Source of the DNA: Candidatus Latescibacterota bacterium
Lineage (GTDB): Bacteria > Latescibacterota > UBA2968 > UBA8231
NCBI GenBank assembly: GCA_965197905.1
Contig: CBDAOB010000003.1
Location: forward strand, 32,001 to 96,000
Length of the DNA: 64,000 nucleotides
Direction: 5' to 3'
Shown here: piece after piece, positions 48,827 to 57,813 of the stretch
How positions within the stretch are numbered: position 1 is the first letter of the stretch
Layout: each line of letters starts with the position of its first letter
Position numbers and translations under genes: made by a program
Notes under the pieces: generated by a model
What the model saw: the letters and a program-made list of their open reading frames with translations, nothing else
Databases searched by the model: none
Told to the model about the DNA's origin: nothing

Positions 48827-49957
48827 ATGATTAACGAGCTAGCAACTCTGAGAAACGGTCGATCCGGGCGGTTCTCATCCTGGGACAAGACCGGCAGGAA
48901 CAAAGACCATTGGCTCCTCGAACCGGGTGAATCCAGAGTGCTTGCAGACATCGAGGGACCGGGCGCTATCACCCATATCTGGATGACCCAGTTGAACCAC
49001 TATCGGGAGTGCTTACTGAAGATTACCTGGGACAACGCGAAGAAACCCAGCGTCCTCGCGCCCTTGGGAGACTTCTTCTGCCTTGGGCACGGCATCGCCA
49101 ATAGCTTCCAATCGTTGTTGTTCACGGCGTCGACGAACAGAAATAACGAGTTCAATCAGGGCTGTGCGCTCAATTGTTACGCGCCCATGCCATTCAACGA
49201 GCGCGCCGTAGTTGAGTTGATCAACCAGAGTGGCGAGACACACATGCAATTCTTCTATGTCGACTACGAGAGTTATGCCCAACCCCGACCCGAGGCTGGC
49301 TACTTTCACGCAGAATTCCACCGATCCAATCCGTTCGGTGGCTGGGGTCACGAGATACGGGTCGGTGCCGCTGAGGCCGATATTGCCAACAAGGGCAAGC
49401 TAGCCTGGGACAACAATTACCTTATCCTAGAAACCAAAGGCAGGGGTCATTACGTCGGCTGCAACCTTTCTGTCACCAACTTCAAGGGAAACTGGTGGGG
49501 CGAAGGTGACGACATGATTTGGGTCGATGGCTACAAGTGGCCTCCGGATCTTCACGGAACCGGGAGCGAAGACTATCTCAATCAAGCATGGGGTATGCAG
49601 CCCAACGCATTTCTGCGCAACGGCTCGTCCATCTATGAGAAAAACACCAACGGCTACCAGACCAGCTACGTGCTACACATTGAAAACCCCGTCCGTTTCG
49701 AAAAGGAGATCAGGGTCACCATTGAGCACGGTCACGGTAACCATCTGGCCAACGAGATGTCGTCGGTAGCCTATTGGTACGCGGAACGACCAGCGAGCGT
49801 AGTTTCGCCACCGCCGGTGGGCAAACGCCTCCCGGTCCTCAGGGATAACCAGGGAGGTTGGTTATCCGACAAGAAGAGTAAGTGCCCGGGAAAGCATATC
49901 ACTCCGAACACCGAGATGAAGAAGATGAAGGCGAGGTGGGCGAAAAAGAACGGGTGA
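48827..49957 (+). CDS. DUF2961/glycoside hydrolase family 172 protein
   Basis: SSWDKTG.N.D, GPGAITHIW, PLGDFF, MPF, WWGEGDD, GTGSEDY, IEHGH. Confidence 0.92.
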   Translation: MINELATLRNGRSGRFSSWDKTGRNKDHWLLEPGESRVLADIEGPGAITHIWMTQLNHYRECLLKITWDNAKKPSVLAPLGDFFCLGHGIANSFQSLLFTASTNRNNEFNQGCALNCYAPMPFNERAVVELINQSGETHMQFFYVDYESYAQPRPEAGYFHAEFHRSNPFGGWGHEIRVGAAEADIANKGKLAWDNNYLILETKGRGHYVGCNLSVTNFKGNWWGEGDDMIWVDGYKWPPDLHGTGSEDYLNQAWGMQPNAFLRNGSSIYEKNTNGYQTSYVLHIENPVRFEKEIRVTIEHGHGNHLANEMSSVAYWYAERPASVVSPPPVGKRLPVLRDNQGGWLSDKKSKCPGKHITPNTEMKKMKARWAKKNG

Positions 49958-50231
49958 ACAGCCGTACAACTCCTTAACCAAAGCGTTTCACCGGGAATTA
50001 TTGTCAAGAGGACAGTACCATTTCGAGAATCGGCAATCCAATCAAGTCGAAACCGGAATCGATCGCAACCAGACCCCGGCCCCTTTCAGGTACGCCGAGA
50101 ACTGGGCGCGGGCGTCGTTCGCGGGCTACGAATGTTTGGGCAGAACCGCCTTCTCCACGAAAACCCTTCAATATAGTACTGGCGTGGTTACGATTGTAGC
50201 CGACCGTCTGCGCAGAACCAGAGGAGAACCG

Positions 50232-51860
50232 ATGCCCGCAACACATCGACCTGCGATTCAAGGGGAACGCCACATGGTTTCCTCCACGCATTATCTCGCC
50301 TCCATGGGCGGGATGCGGATTCTTGAGCAAGGAGGCAATGCCGCGGATGCGGGGGTGGCTACCGGTATGTGTATCAACATGGTGGAGACCCACCTGACGC
50401 AGTTTGGCGGGGTCGCACCGATTCTATTCTGTCCGGCATCGGGGCCGCCGCAGACGATCAGCGGGTTGGGGCGGTGGCCCAGAGCGGCAAGTATCGATTA
50501 TTTCCGCGACCATGAGGGCGGCGATTTGCCTCCGGGCATTTTGCGCTCGGTCACGCCCGCTGCTCCAGACGCCTGGATCACCGCCCTGGATCGTTTCGGC
50601 ACCATGACCTTCGCAGAGGTTGTTCAGCCTGCCCTCGAACTCGTGGAGAATTGGCCCGCCCGCTATGCGGGACAGAAGGATATGGCTACCACGTTTCGAC
50701 GGCTGGTGGAGGCCGAAGCCCAAAGCGGAGGAGATCGTCACGCCGGATTGAAAGCTGCCCGGGACCTGATTTACAGGGGGGAGATCGCCCGGGAGATCGC
50801 AGCGTTCAGTGAGCAGGAAGGCGGGCTTCTGCGGGCGGAGGATCTGGCGGCCTTCGAGGTTAGGGTGGAACCCCCGGAACGTATCGATTACAAGGGGTAC
50901 GGGGTCTATTCCTGCGGAGCCTGGTGTCAGGGACCCTCCTTGTTGATGGCACTGAATATCCTGGAAGAATTCGATCTGCAGGCGATGGGGCACAACGGTG
51001 CGGACTATTTGCATCTGATTCTGGAAACCATGAAGCTGGTTTTCTCAGACCGCCACCATTACTTCGGCGACCCTGATTTTGTGCAGGTTCCCATGGCAGG
51101 TCTTTTGTGCAAAGCGTATGCGAGGGGCCGGGCAAAGTCCGTTGATCTGACACAGGCCGCACCCGATATGCCGATGCCGGGCGATCCCTGGCCTCACCAT
51201 CCCGAATCGCGATCGGAAACCGGTCCGGTGCCCGCCGCTAAAGCAACGAGCGGGAAATATCCCGTCACATGGGAACGAGACACGGCTTATGTCTGTGTGG
51301 TGGACGGTGACGGCAACGCCTTTTCGGCCACTCCGAGCGATCCGGTCGACTGGACCCCGGTGATACCGGGGTTGGGATTCGGCATGTCCGGAAGAGGATC
51401 GCAGACCTGGTTGGATCCGGACCATCCGAGCGGTTTGGAACCGGGCAAGCGGCCCCGGCTCACCCCCAATCCGGCAATGGTACTGAGGGACGGGAAGCCG
51501 TTTATGCCTTTCGGATGTCCGGGAGGAGACGCTCAGGTGCAGGGCATGTTGCAGGTATTTCTGAACGTGGTGCTATTCGGGATGGACCCCCAGGAAGCAA
51601 TTGAGGCTCCGCGGGCGGTGTCGCACTCGTTTCCAAATTCGTTCTGGCCCCATGGTTCGCGACCGGGCGAAGCCGTGGTGGAGTCGCGGGTAGACGAGGG
51701 GGTGCGGCGAAATTTGTCGGAACGGGGGCACAAGATTCAGGACGATGAGGCATGGTCGCGTGGGGTGAGTCGGGTGTGCGCGATTTTGGTCGATCCGGTG
51801 ACCGGGATGCGGGTTGGAGGCGCTGACCCGAGAGGTCCGAGCTATGCGATTGGCTGGTAA
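50232..51860 (+). CDS. Gamma-glutamyltransferase family (Ntn hydrolase)
   Basis: GGNAADA, WCQGP, GDPDF, DT autocleavage Thr, PGKRPRLT, GGDAQVQ, GADPR; GAGGAG RBS before ATG 50232. Confidence 0.92.
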   Translation: MPATHRPAIQGERHMVSSTHYLASMGGMRILEQGGNAADAGVATGMCINMVETHLTQFGGVAPILFCPASGPPQTISGLGRWPRAASIDYFRDHEGGDLPPGILRSVTPAAPDAWITALDRFGTMTFAEVVQPALELVENWPARYAGQKDMATTFRRLVEAEAQSGGDRHAGLKAARDLIYRGEIAREIAAFSEQEGGLLRAEDLAAFEVRVEPPERIDYKGYGVYSCGAWCQGPSLLMALNILEEFDLQAMGHNGADYLHLILETMKLVFSDRHHYFGDPDFVQVPMAGLLCKAYARGRAKSVDLTQAAPDMPMPGDPWPHHPESRSETGPVPAAKATSGKYPVTWERDTAYVCVVDGDGNAFSATPSDPVDWTPVIPGLGFGMSGRGSQTWLDPDHPSGLEPGKRPRLTPNPAMVLRDGKPFMPFGCPGGDAQVQGMLQVFLNVVLFGMDPQEAIEAPRAVSHSFPNSFWPHGSRPGEAVVESRVDEGVRRNLSERGHKIQDDEAWSRGVSRVCAILVDPVTGMRVGGADPRGPSYAIGW

Positions 51861-51875
51861 ATCTCAGGGCAACGA

Positions 51876-54803
51876 ATGCGCATGAGATTTGTGCGCGGAC
51901 ACAGCCACTGGAGCTTCTCCCTGCTGCTCGTCCTGGGGGTGGGAACGGCAGCAGGGCAACGGGGGCAAACTCAACTGCAGGTTGCCGAGGTGGAACCCCC
52001 ATCGCCTTTTCTACAGCGCACCTTCCCGCGCTATCGCAACTACGCCTTTCAGCAATTCACCAATCCCCAGGACCACGCCTCCCCTTACGCCGATCGGCCG
52101 AGAGCCTACTTCGGCTCGTTGGGTACCGAGCTCATCACCGGGTACGAACTGTATACATGGAGTGAAACTCGCTTTCCAGGACAGCAGTACGGGAGCAGGA
52201 TGTTCAAGGATATGAACATCTTTCGCCCGGTCTTCGACCACGTGATGGTCGGGCGGGACGGTTACGGCAACTGGGGCTACAGCGCCATTGCCGGGGACGG
52301 TCTGATGGCACGATTGAGCCCCCTGACCTTGTCCAAAACGGATTTCAACGGGCTGCGATTGGATGGATCTACGCCTTACCTGAGATTTACAGCCCTGGCC
52401 TCGCGTCAGGAGCGCCAGCCCGCCAACCCAACCAGTGTAAGCGCCAACTGGAACATCGACGGCACCTTCGTATCCGAGAGCAATACCCTATTTCTGGGTG
52501 GCCGGCTTGAGACCCAGATAGGTTCTCTGCGCCTGGGACTGAACGGAGCCAACGTACACCTCTACCAGAGCACCCAACCAGGCAACAGCCTCAAAGGGAG
52601 AGTGCGTCCCGACCATCCGCTCGTAGACTACATCCTGGTGCGTATCGCCGATGATTCGCCTGCCGACGGCAGCGGAGCTGTCGTCCAGGAGATCCGGCTC
52701 ATTCTCAATGGCGAAACTCGACCCGACATCCTGCCCCAGGTAGTCCGACACCGCGAAGGTGTGCCGACTCAGGTCGGCTCCGTCTCTCGAGCCACTGGCG
52801 AGTTCAGCCCGATAATTTACAACAATCCGAAGCCGGTCTTCGGATTTGAAGGTGGTCCCTACCGGGAAAGAGAAGTGCCTGCCTATGCGGACTACCTTTA
52901 CCGCTTTGCCCATGAAGCAGGCGAGGACGTGAGCGGAGATACCAACCTTGAGGGATTGCTGGCCAGCTACGCGATCGAATCGCCGGAGAACGTCCTTCAC
53001 GCCGACGGCGACGAAGTGCTCATCTGCCTGTTCGATGTGTCGCAAGAGCCGTTTGTGGAGTCCGTGGAGGTGGAGGCATTGATGGGAAACGACTACCGCA
53101 TCGATGTGGCTATCCAGTGGGTAAACAATCCTCGCGGTCGCAATCTAGCATCGAAATTCCAGAGCAGTTACTACCGCACCGTGCGGCGCGCCCGGGGCAA
53201 CGTGCAGGACCTGTCCAATCTGCGGCGCGTGCGTTTCGGCATTGGTGACAACACCGCGCTCTTTGTCTACAGCGCGGACGCCAACTTCAGTCTGGCCGGT
53301 CTGGAGATCAACGGCGAGTACTCACGCTCGGCCCTCTACTCCCGCTACCCGGCACAGCTGGAGGGAGAGCGAGTTTTTGGACAAGCGCCCCGATTCGCCG
53401 AGCGCGACGACGCCTATTATCTGCAGGCCCTGCGGTGGTTCGGGCGGGGAAACCTGGGCGCGGAGTACTTTGCCATGAATCCCCAGTACACTACCGAGCT
53501 GCGCACCTTCCTGAAAGGAGAGATCGTCTACGACTACGGCGACCTGGCGGGCTTAACCAACTCGACCCTTTACTGGCGGCTGATCCAGGACAATGATGAT
53601 GGCGACCGCTACCCCGACCGGCCATTGGGACACATCCTTGGCGCCGGCAGGTTCGCTGCCCCCGTCGATCCCGATGGAGTTTTTCCTGGCCAGGATGAGG
53701 ACAACGACGGTTGGCCCGATACCAATCGGAACTTCAATGACGTGCCCGATTACGAAGAACCCTTCCTCATCTACCATGTCGAACCGAACGATTACACCTA
53801 CGGCCTGGACCGCAACAACAATGACGAGCCCGACGCGCGGGAGGACGATCACGACGTGGACTATCCGTACGATCTAGACCAGCGCGGTCTGCACCTCTTT
53901 GGCCACCTCGATCTGACGCGGCGCTGGTCGGTGGGATTGGGACACCACGACGTCGACCAGATAGCCGGCGCCGGGCGCAACAGATCCACCTATGCCCTGC
54001 TGAACTATCGTCTGGAGGGAGCGAAGCGGTTGCGGCGCATCTTCTTCGAAAACCATTTGCGCCGGGTAAAGGACGACATTCCGGATGAGTATCTGCAGCT
54101 GGTGGAAAAACCGTCGCGCGGTTCCGTGAAGGCCGGAGATGGTGGGCTGGAGATAAACGTGTTCGGATTTTTCAACAAAGATAAGCGAGAGGACCTGCTG
54201 TTCTACAGGGATAGCTTTGTCAACGAGACCTATATGGAAAGCGCGCTCAACCCATGGTCCACTCTTCACCTGGTGCAGAAACTGCGGTTGCGTCTCAACT
54301 GGCAGCAGGGGGGAGAGGCAAGCACCGGCACCTTTCAGCGCCAACGCCGCCTGGACTATTGGACCCTGGTCAGCCGGGCGGAGTACACCTGGCACCTCGG
54401 CAAGCTAAGCCTGACGCCGCAATACAAATTCCTGCTCCTGCGCCTCATCGATCGGGAAGCCGACGTCGCTCTGCGCTCGGAGTTCAGTTCGATCCCCATA
54501 GTTGGCCTGGAGTACCCGCTCCTCAAGAAAACTACGTTGCGGGCAGGACTGCAGGGCCTTGGACCCTTGCCGTACCGACTGGAAGACCGGGAACAGACGC
54601 GCCGCTCCTTCGAGCAACGCACTACCTTCATCAGCCTGACCAACCGCACGGGTTACTTCGGCTACGACCTCTACACCATCATCGGCTTCGCGCGGAACAA
54701 GAAGGACTTCAAAGATCCGTTCCGTCGAGCCGATGGTTTTAATACCTGGTCGGTGTTTGTGCGCTCGTTGATCGGCTTCACCGAATATGGACGCCTGCTC
54801 TAG
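51876..54803 (+). CDS. Large secreted/outer-membrane hypothetical protein with Asp-rich Ca-binding-like repeats
   Basis: 975 aa; N-terminal signal peptide; DNDDGDRYPD, DEDNDGWPD, DRNNNDEPD; amphipathic beta-strand-rich C-terminal third. Confidence 0.75.
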   Translation: MRMRFVRGHSHWSFSLLLVLGVGTAAGQRGQTQLQVAEVEPPSPFLQRTFPRYRNYAFQQFTNPQDHASPYADRPRAYFGSLGTELITGYELYTWSETRFPGQQYGSRMFKDMNIFRPVFDHVMVGRDGYGNWGYSAIAGDGLMARLSPLTLSKTDFNGLRLDGSTPYLRFTALASRQERQPANPTSVSANWNIDGTFVSESNTLFLGGRLETQIGSLRLGLNGANVHLYQSTQPGNSLKGRVRPDHPLVDYILVRIADDSPADGSGAVVQEIRLILNGETRPDILPQVVRHREGVPTQVGSVSRATGEFSPIIYNNPKPVFGFEGGPYREREVPAYADYLYRFAHEAGEDVSGDTNLEGLLASYAIESPENVLHADGDEVLICLFDVSQEPFVESVEVEALMGNDYRIDVAIQWVNNPRGRNLASKFQSSYYRTVRRARGNVQDLSNLRRVRFGIGDNTALFVYSADANFSLAGLEINGEYSRSALYSRYPAQLEGERVFGQAPRFAERDDAYYLQALRWFGRGNLGAEYFAMNPQYTTELRTFLKGEIVYDYGDLAGLTNSTLYWRLIQDNDDGDRYPDRPLGHILGAGRFAAPVDPDGVFPGQDEDNDGWPDTNRNFNDVPDYEEPFLIYHVEPNDYTYGLDRNNNDEPDAREDDHDVDYPYDLDQRGLHLFGHLDLTRRWSVGLGHHDVDQIAGAGRNRSTYALLNYRLEGAKRLRRIFFENHLRRVKDDIPDEYLQLVEKPSRGSVKAGDGGLEINVFGFFNKDKREDLLFYRDSFVNETYMESALNPWSTLHLVQKLRLRLNWQQGGEASTGTFQRQRRLDYWTLVSRAEYTWHLGKLSLTPQYKFLLLRLIDREADVALRSEFSSIPIVGLEYPLLKKTTLRAGLQGLGPLPYRLEDREQTRRSFEQRTTFISLTNRTGYFGYDLYTIIGFARNKKDFKDPFRRADGFNTWSVFVRSLIGFTEYGRLL

Positions 54804-54828
54804 CCGCCCGTGGCAAAAAGCTCATGAA

Positions 54829-54849
54829 GCCGAATTCTTGAAATTCGGC
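54829..54849. terminator. Hairpin between convergent genes (possible bidirectional terminator)
   Basis: GCCGAATT-CTTGA-AATTCGGC, with an A5 run about 10 bp to the left. Confidence 0.35.
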
Positions 54850-54929
54850 CCACGTCCCTGCACGGGCTGCTACCCGTCTCCCAGAGCGTCGCGGTGGTCG
54901 AGCGCGCGTTGGAACTCGGCGCCAATCAT

Positions 54930-55964
54930 CTATTTGTACAGAGTCTTCAGGGCAGTACCCTTCTTCGCGCTCTGCCGGGCAAGGTCCAGTATGTGGATCG
55001 GCCTCCGCGCCCACTCAGGACTAATCACCAGCTTGGTCCCTTTTACCAGATGATTCGCAACGTTCTTGTAGAATTTCGGCCACTGGCTCGCCGCGTTGGT
55101 GCCCCTCGTAATGACCTTCTGATCTCCCCTCTGCTGGATCATCTCATAGGTTCTATTGTCGAACAGGTAGCTCCCCCTGGTACCGGAGATCTCGAGCATT
55201 CCTTCTCTTGGATTCGCCTCGACGCTCGACATGGTTAGTGTCAGCCATTTGCCGCTTTTAAAACGTACAACGGCCGAGGCGACGTCTTCATTGGTATCCT
55301 TTTTCCACGCCGTCTTGGACGCCCAAAATCCCGACCGTGTGTATCCCGCCACTTCGGTCATATCATCACCCATGATCTGGAGCGCGTATTCGAGAAGGTG
55401 GACACCCCAATCGTACATGATCCCGCCTGAGATAGACCTGCTGGATCGCCACCAGTCTCCCGGCAGACCGTGTCCCCCCATATGCGCCTCGATCCGGTAA
55501 ACATCCCCGATCGCCTTCTCTCGGCGGATATGCTTCAATGCCTCGAGCACACATCCGTCCCAGTGCCGATTGTGATACGCCGTTAACAGAAGTCGGCGCT
55601 TCTTGGCCTCGCGGATCATGGTGTCGCACTCTGCTGTCGTGATCGCGAGCGGTTTTTCGCTGACAACGCTGCGGCCGGCGCGCAGACATTGCAGCGCGAG
55701 CTTGGCGTGGGTGTTGTGCGGCGTGATCAATACAACAAGATTGACATCTGATTTCTTCAGCATCTGTGAGGCGGATGCATAAGTCCCGATCCCCGGTAAG
55801 TCTTCCTCGGCCACCTTGCGTCTCTCTGGGTCGAGCTCGGCCACGCAAACGGGAGTCATTCCAGCCGATTGCATGTCGGTCAGGTGCCGCTGCCCCATTC
55901 CGAACGCACCGCTGTATCCGATCACGCCAACCTTGATTTCTTTCGCTCGCTTGAATTTGCCCAA
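54930..55964 (-). CDS. Gfo/Idh/MocA family oxidoreductase
   Basis: VGVIGY, TPHNTH, SEKP, HNRHWD, SGGIMYDWGVH; TTG start with AAGGAG RBS. Confidence 0.92.
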   Translation of the reverse strand: MGKFKRAKEIKVGVIGYSGAFGMGQRHLTDMQSAGMTPVCVAELDPERRKVAEEDLPGIGTYASASQMLKKSDVNLVVLITPHNTHAKLALQCLRAGRSVVSEKPLAITTAECDTMIREAKKRRLLLTAYHNRHWDGCVLEALKHIRREKAIGDVYRIEAHMGGHGLPGDWWRSSRSISGGIMYDWGVHLLEYALQIMGDDMTEVAGYTRSGFWASKTAWKKDTNEDVASAVVRFKSGKWLTLTMSSVEANPREGMLEISGTRGSYLFDNRTYEMIQQRGDQKVITRGTNAASQWPKFYKNVANHLVKGTKLVISPEWARRPIHILDLARQSAKKGTALKTLYK

Positions 55965-56030
55965 CTCGATCTCCTTTCGCCGAGCTTCAACCGGGACTGC
56001 AGTGGTCGGTCCCCTCACTCGCACCGTGCA

Positions 56031-56756
56031 TCACATCGCCTCTTTGCCGATGCGAACGAATCCTTCCGCATGCGTGCACTCCTTCATGCCGGCGATAATC
56101 TGCGCCTCAAGCCCTCGATACTTGGCGAGGATGGAGTACTGCTCCACCAGCGACGGCTGTGCCGCGAGCTTGCTCATGGCCAGAACCTTGCGCTCCATCG
56201 TGGTGTCGATGTTGACGTAAAAGTCCGGGAGAAACTTGGTCACCGGCGACGTCGCCAGCTGCGCTTCGTAACAGACGTACTTGGGCACTGCACAGGGCGC
56301 ATGCTCCGTCTGAAGGCCGGGCACATCGCAATAGGTCCGTGCCCACAACACGGCCTGAGCGGTTTCCACGTGATCCGGATGCAGGATATCGTCGATCCAG
56401 TGACAGAGAATCAGGTCCGGCTTAAAGGCCCGCACCGCATCGATAATCTGCAGGCGGCGCTCCGGTCCGAGCAACAACGGGCAATCGCCGAAATCGAAGC
56501 AGTCTATAGTGGCCCCGAGAACCCCCGCCGCTCCTTCGATCTCCTCTCTGCGAACGGTTTTGATCTCGTCCAGCGAGGGCGTCGGATCAAGCGCATACAG
56601 GGCCGGCGCCTCGCAGCGTTCCCCGTAGGACAGGTCGTGAATATGCACGGTAGCTCCCGCGTCGATAAAACGCGCGATGGTACCACCGGCGCGCGAGCAG
56701 AAGTCGGCGGCGTGGGCGCTGAAAACGAGCACTCGCTCGTGCTGCATGAATGACAT
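56031..56756 (-). CDS. PIG-L family protein, GalB (4-oxalomesaconate hydratase)-like
   Basis: SAHAADFCSRAGG (HxAD rather than HPDD), SYGERCE, RREE, HPDH. Confidence 0.8.
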   Translation of the reverse strand: MSFMQHERVLVFSAHAADFCSRAGGTIARFIDAGATVHIHDLSYGERCEAPALYALDPTPSLDEIKTVRREEIEGAAGVLGATIDCFDFGDCPLLLGPERRLQIIDAVRAFKPDLILCHWIDDILHPDHVETAQAVLWARTYCDVPGLQTEHAPCAVPKYVCYEAQLATSPVTKFLPDFYVNIDTTMERKVLAMSKLAAQPSLVEQYSILAKYRGLEAQIIAGMKECTHAEGFVRIGKEAM

Positions 56757-56766
56757 GGCAATCCCC

Positions 56767-56958
56767 CTAGCCAGAGTTGGCATTGGTGATAGTGCGTTCG
56801 ACCGAGCGCGCGAGCAGTTGCCGCAGACGTGCGGGAAACTGCGCGTAGAGTTTTTTCGGCACCAAAGGCCCGGCGGGTCCCTGGAGATCTTCAAGAACAC
56901 AGTATCCGTGTTCTTCGATGTCGGCTATGGCTTCCGCAACCGCGGTTTTGGACGTCAC
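56767..56958 (-). pseudogene. Collapsed PhyH-family mini-gene (in-frame internal deletion)
   Basis: 63 codons: MTSKTAVAEAIADIEEHGYCVLEDL|QGPAGPLVPKKLYAQFPARLRQLL; AAGGTGG RBS; 10 bp spacing to both neighbours. Confidence 0.6.
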
Positions 56959-56968
56959 TGTAACCACC

Positions 56969-57799
56969 TTAGCTGAACCGAATGGCCTTGAATTTCTCCA
57001 TCTGCTCGGTGATGGCAATCTCCGACGGCAGCCGCTCGACGCTCGACGCACCGTAGAATCCATCGACCCCTTGCGTATTGTGCAGTACGTATTCCGCATC
57101 CTCCGGCATGGAGATCGGACCTCCGTGACAGAGCACGATAACGTCGGGATTCGTCGCTTTCGCCTCGTCGCAGATCTCCTGCACCTTGGCCGGACATTCC
57201 TCCAAGGTAAACGCCGTGGACGCACCAATCGCACCTTTAGTCGTAAGCCCCATGTGAGCGACCACGACGTCGGCGCCGGCCTCCGCCATCGCTTTGGCCT
57301 CCTTCACATTGAACGCGTAAGGCGTCGAAAACAGATCCAGTTCGTGGGCTTGCCGAACCATCTCTACCTCTAAAGCGTAACCCATGCCGGTCTCCTCCAG
57401 GTTGGCGCGAAACATGCCGTCGCAAAGACCGACCGTGGGGAAGTTCTGTACTCCGGAAAAACCGGCATCCCGCACCTGTTTGAGGAAGCGGTCCATCAGT
57501 CGGGTGGGATCCGTGCCGCAGACTCCCGCTAGCACCGGGGTGTCATCGACGATGGTCAACACCTCGCCGGCCATCTCCATGACGATTCCGTTGGCGTCCC
57601 CATACGGCATGCATCCGGCCAGCGATCCGCGACCGTTCATTCGAAAACGGCCGGAGTTGTAGATGATCAAGATGTCGACTCCGCCGGTTTCCTGACACTT
57701 GGCACTGATCCCGTTTCCGGCGCCTCCGCCGACGATCGGCACCCCTTCGTCAATCCGTTTTCGCAGCCGATCCAAAACCTGTTGTCGTGTAAAAGCCAT
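56969..57799 (-). CDS. Phosphoenolpyruvate-hydrolase-like TIM-barrel protein (homolog of the Tm-1 C-terminal domain)
   Basis: GGGAGNGISAK, YNSGRFRM.GRGSLAG, GVQNFPTVG, LEETGMGY, AHMGLT, LCHGGP, GASSVERLP. Confidence 0.93.
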   Translation of the reverse strand: MAFTRQQVLDRLRKRIDEGVPIVGGGAGNGISAKCQETGGVDILIIYNSGRFRMNGRGSLAGCMPYGDANGIVMEMAGEVLTIVDDTPVLAGVCGTDPTRLMDRFLKQVRDAGFSGVQNFPTVGLCDGMFRANLEETGMGYALEVEMVRQAHELDLFSTPYAFNVKEAKAMAEAGADVVVAHMGLTTKGAIGASTAFTLEECPAKVQEICDEAKATNPDVIVLCHGGPISMPEDAEYVLHNTQGVDGFYGASSVERLPSEIAITEQMEKFKAIRFS

Positions 57800-57813
57800 A
57801 ATTCGCTCCGTTC

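Noticed and set aside
50001..50231. N-terminal extension of the GGT ORF
   Set aside because: A strong RBS precedes ATG 50232 and family similarity starts there.
54870..54932. LPVSQSVAVVERALELGANHL, resembling an aldo/keto reductase N-terminal helix
   Set aside because: Only about 20 codons; could be another relic or chance.
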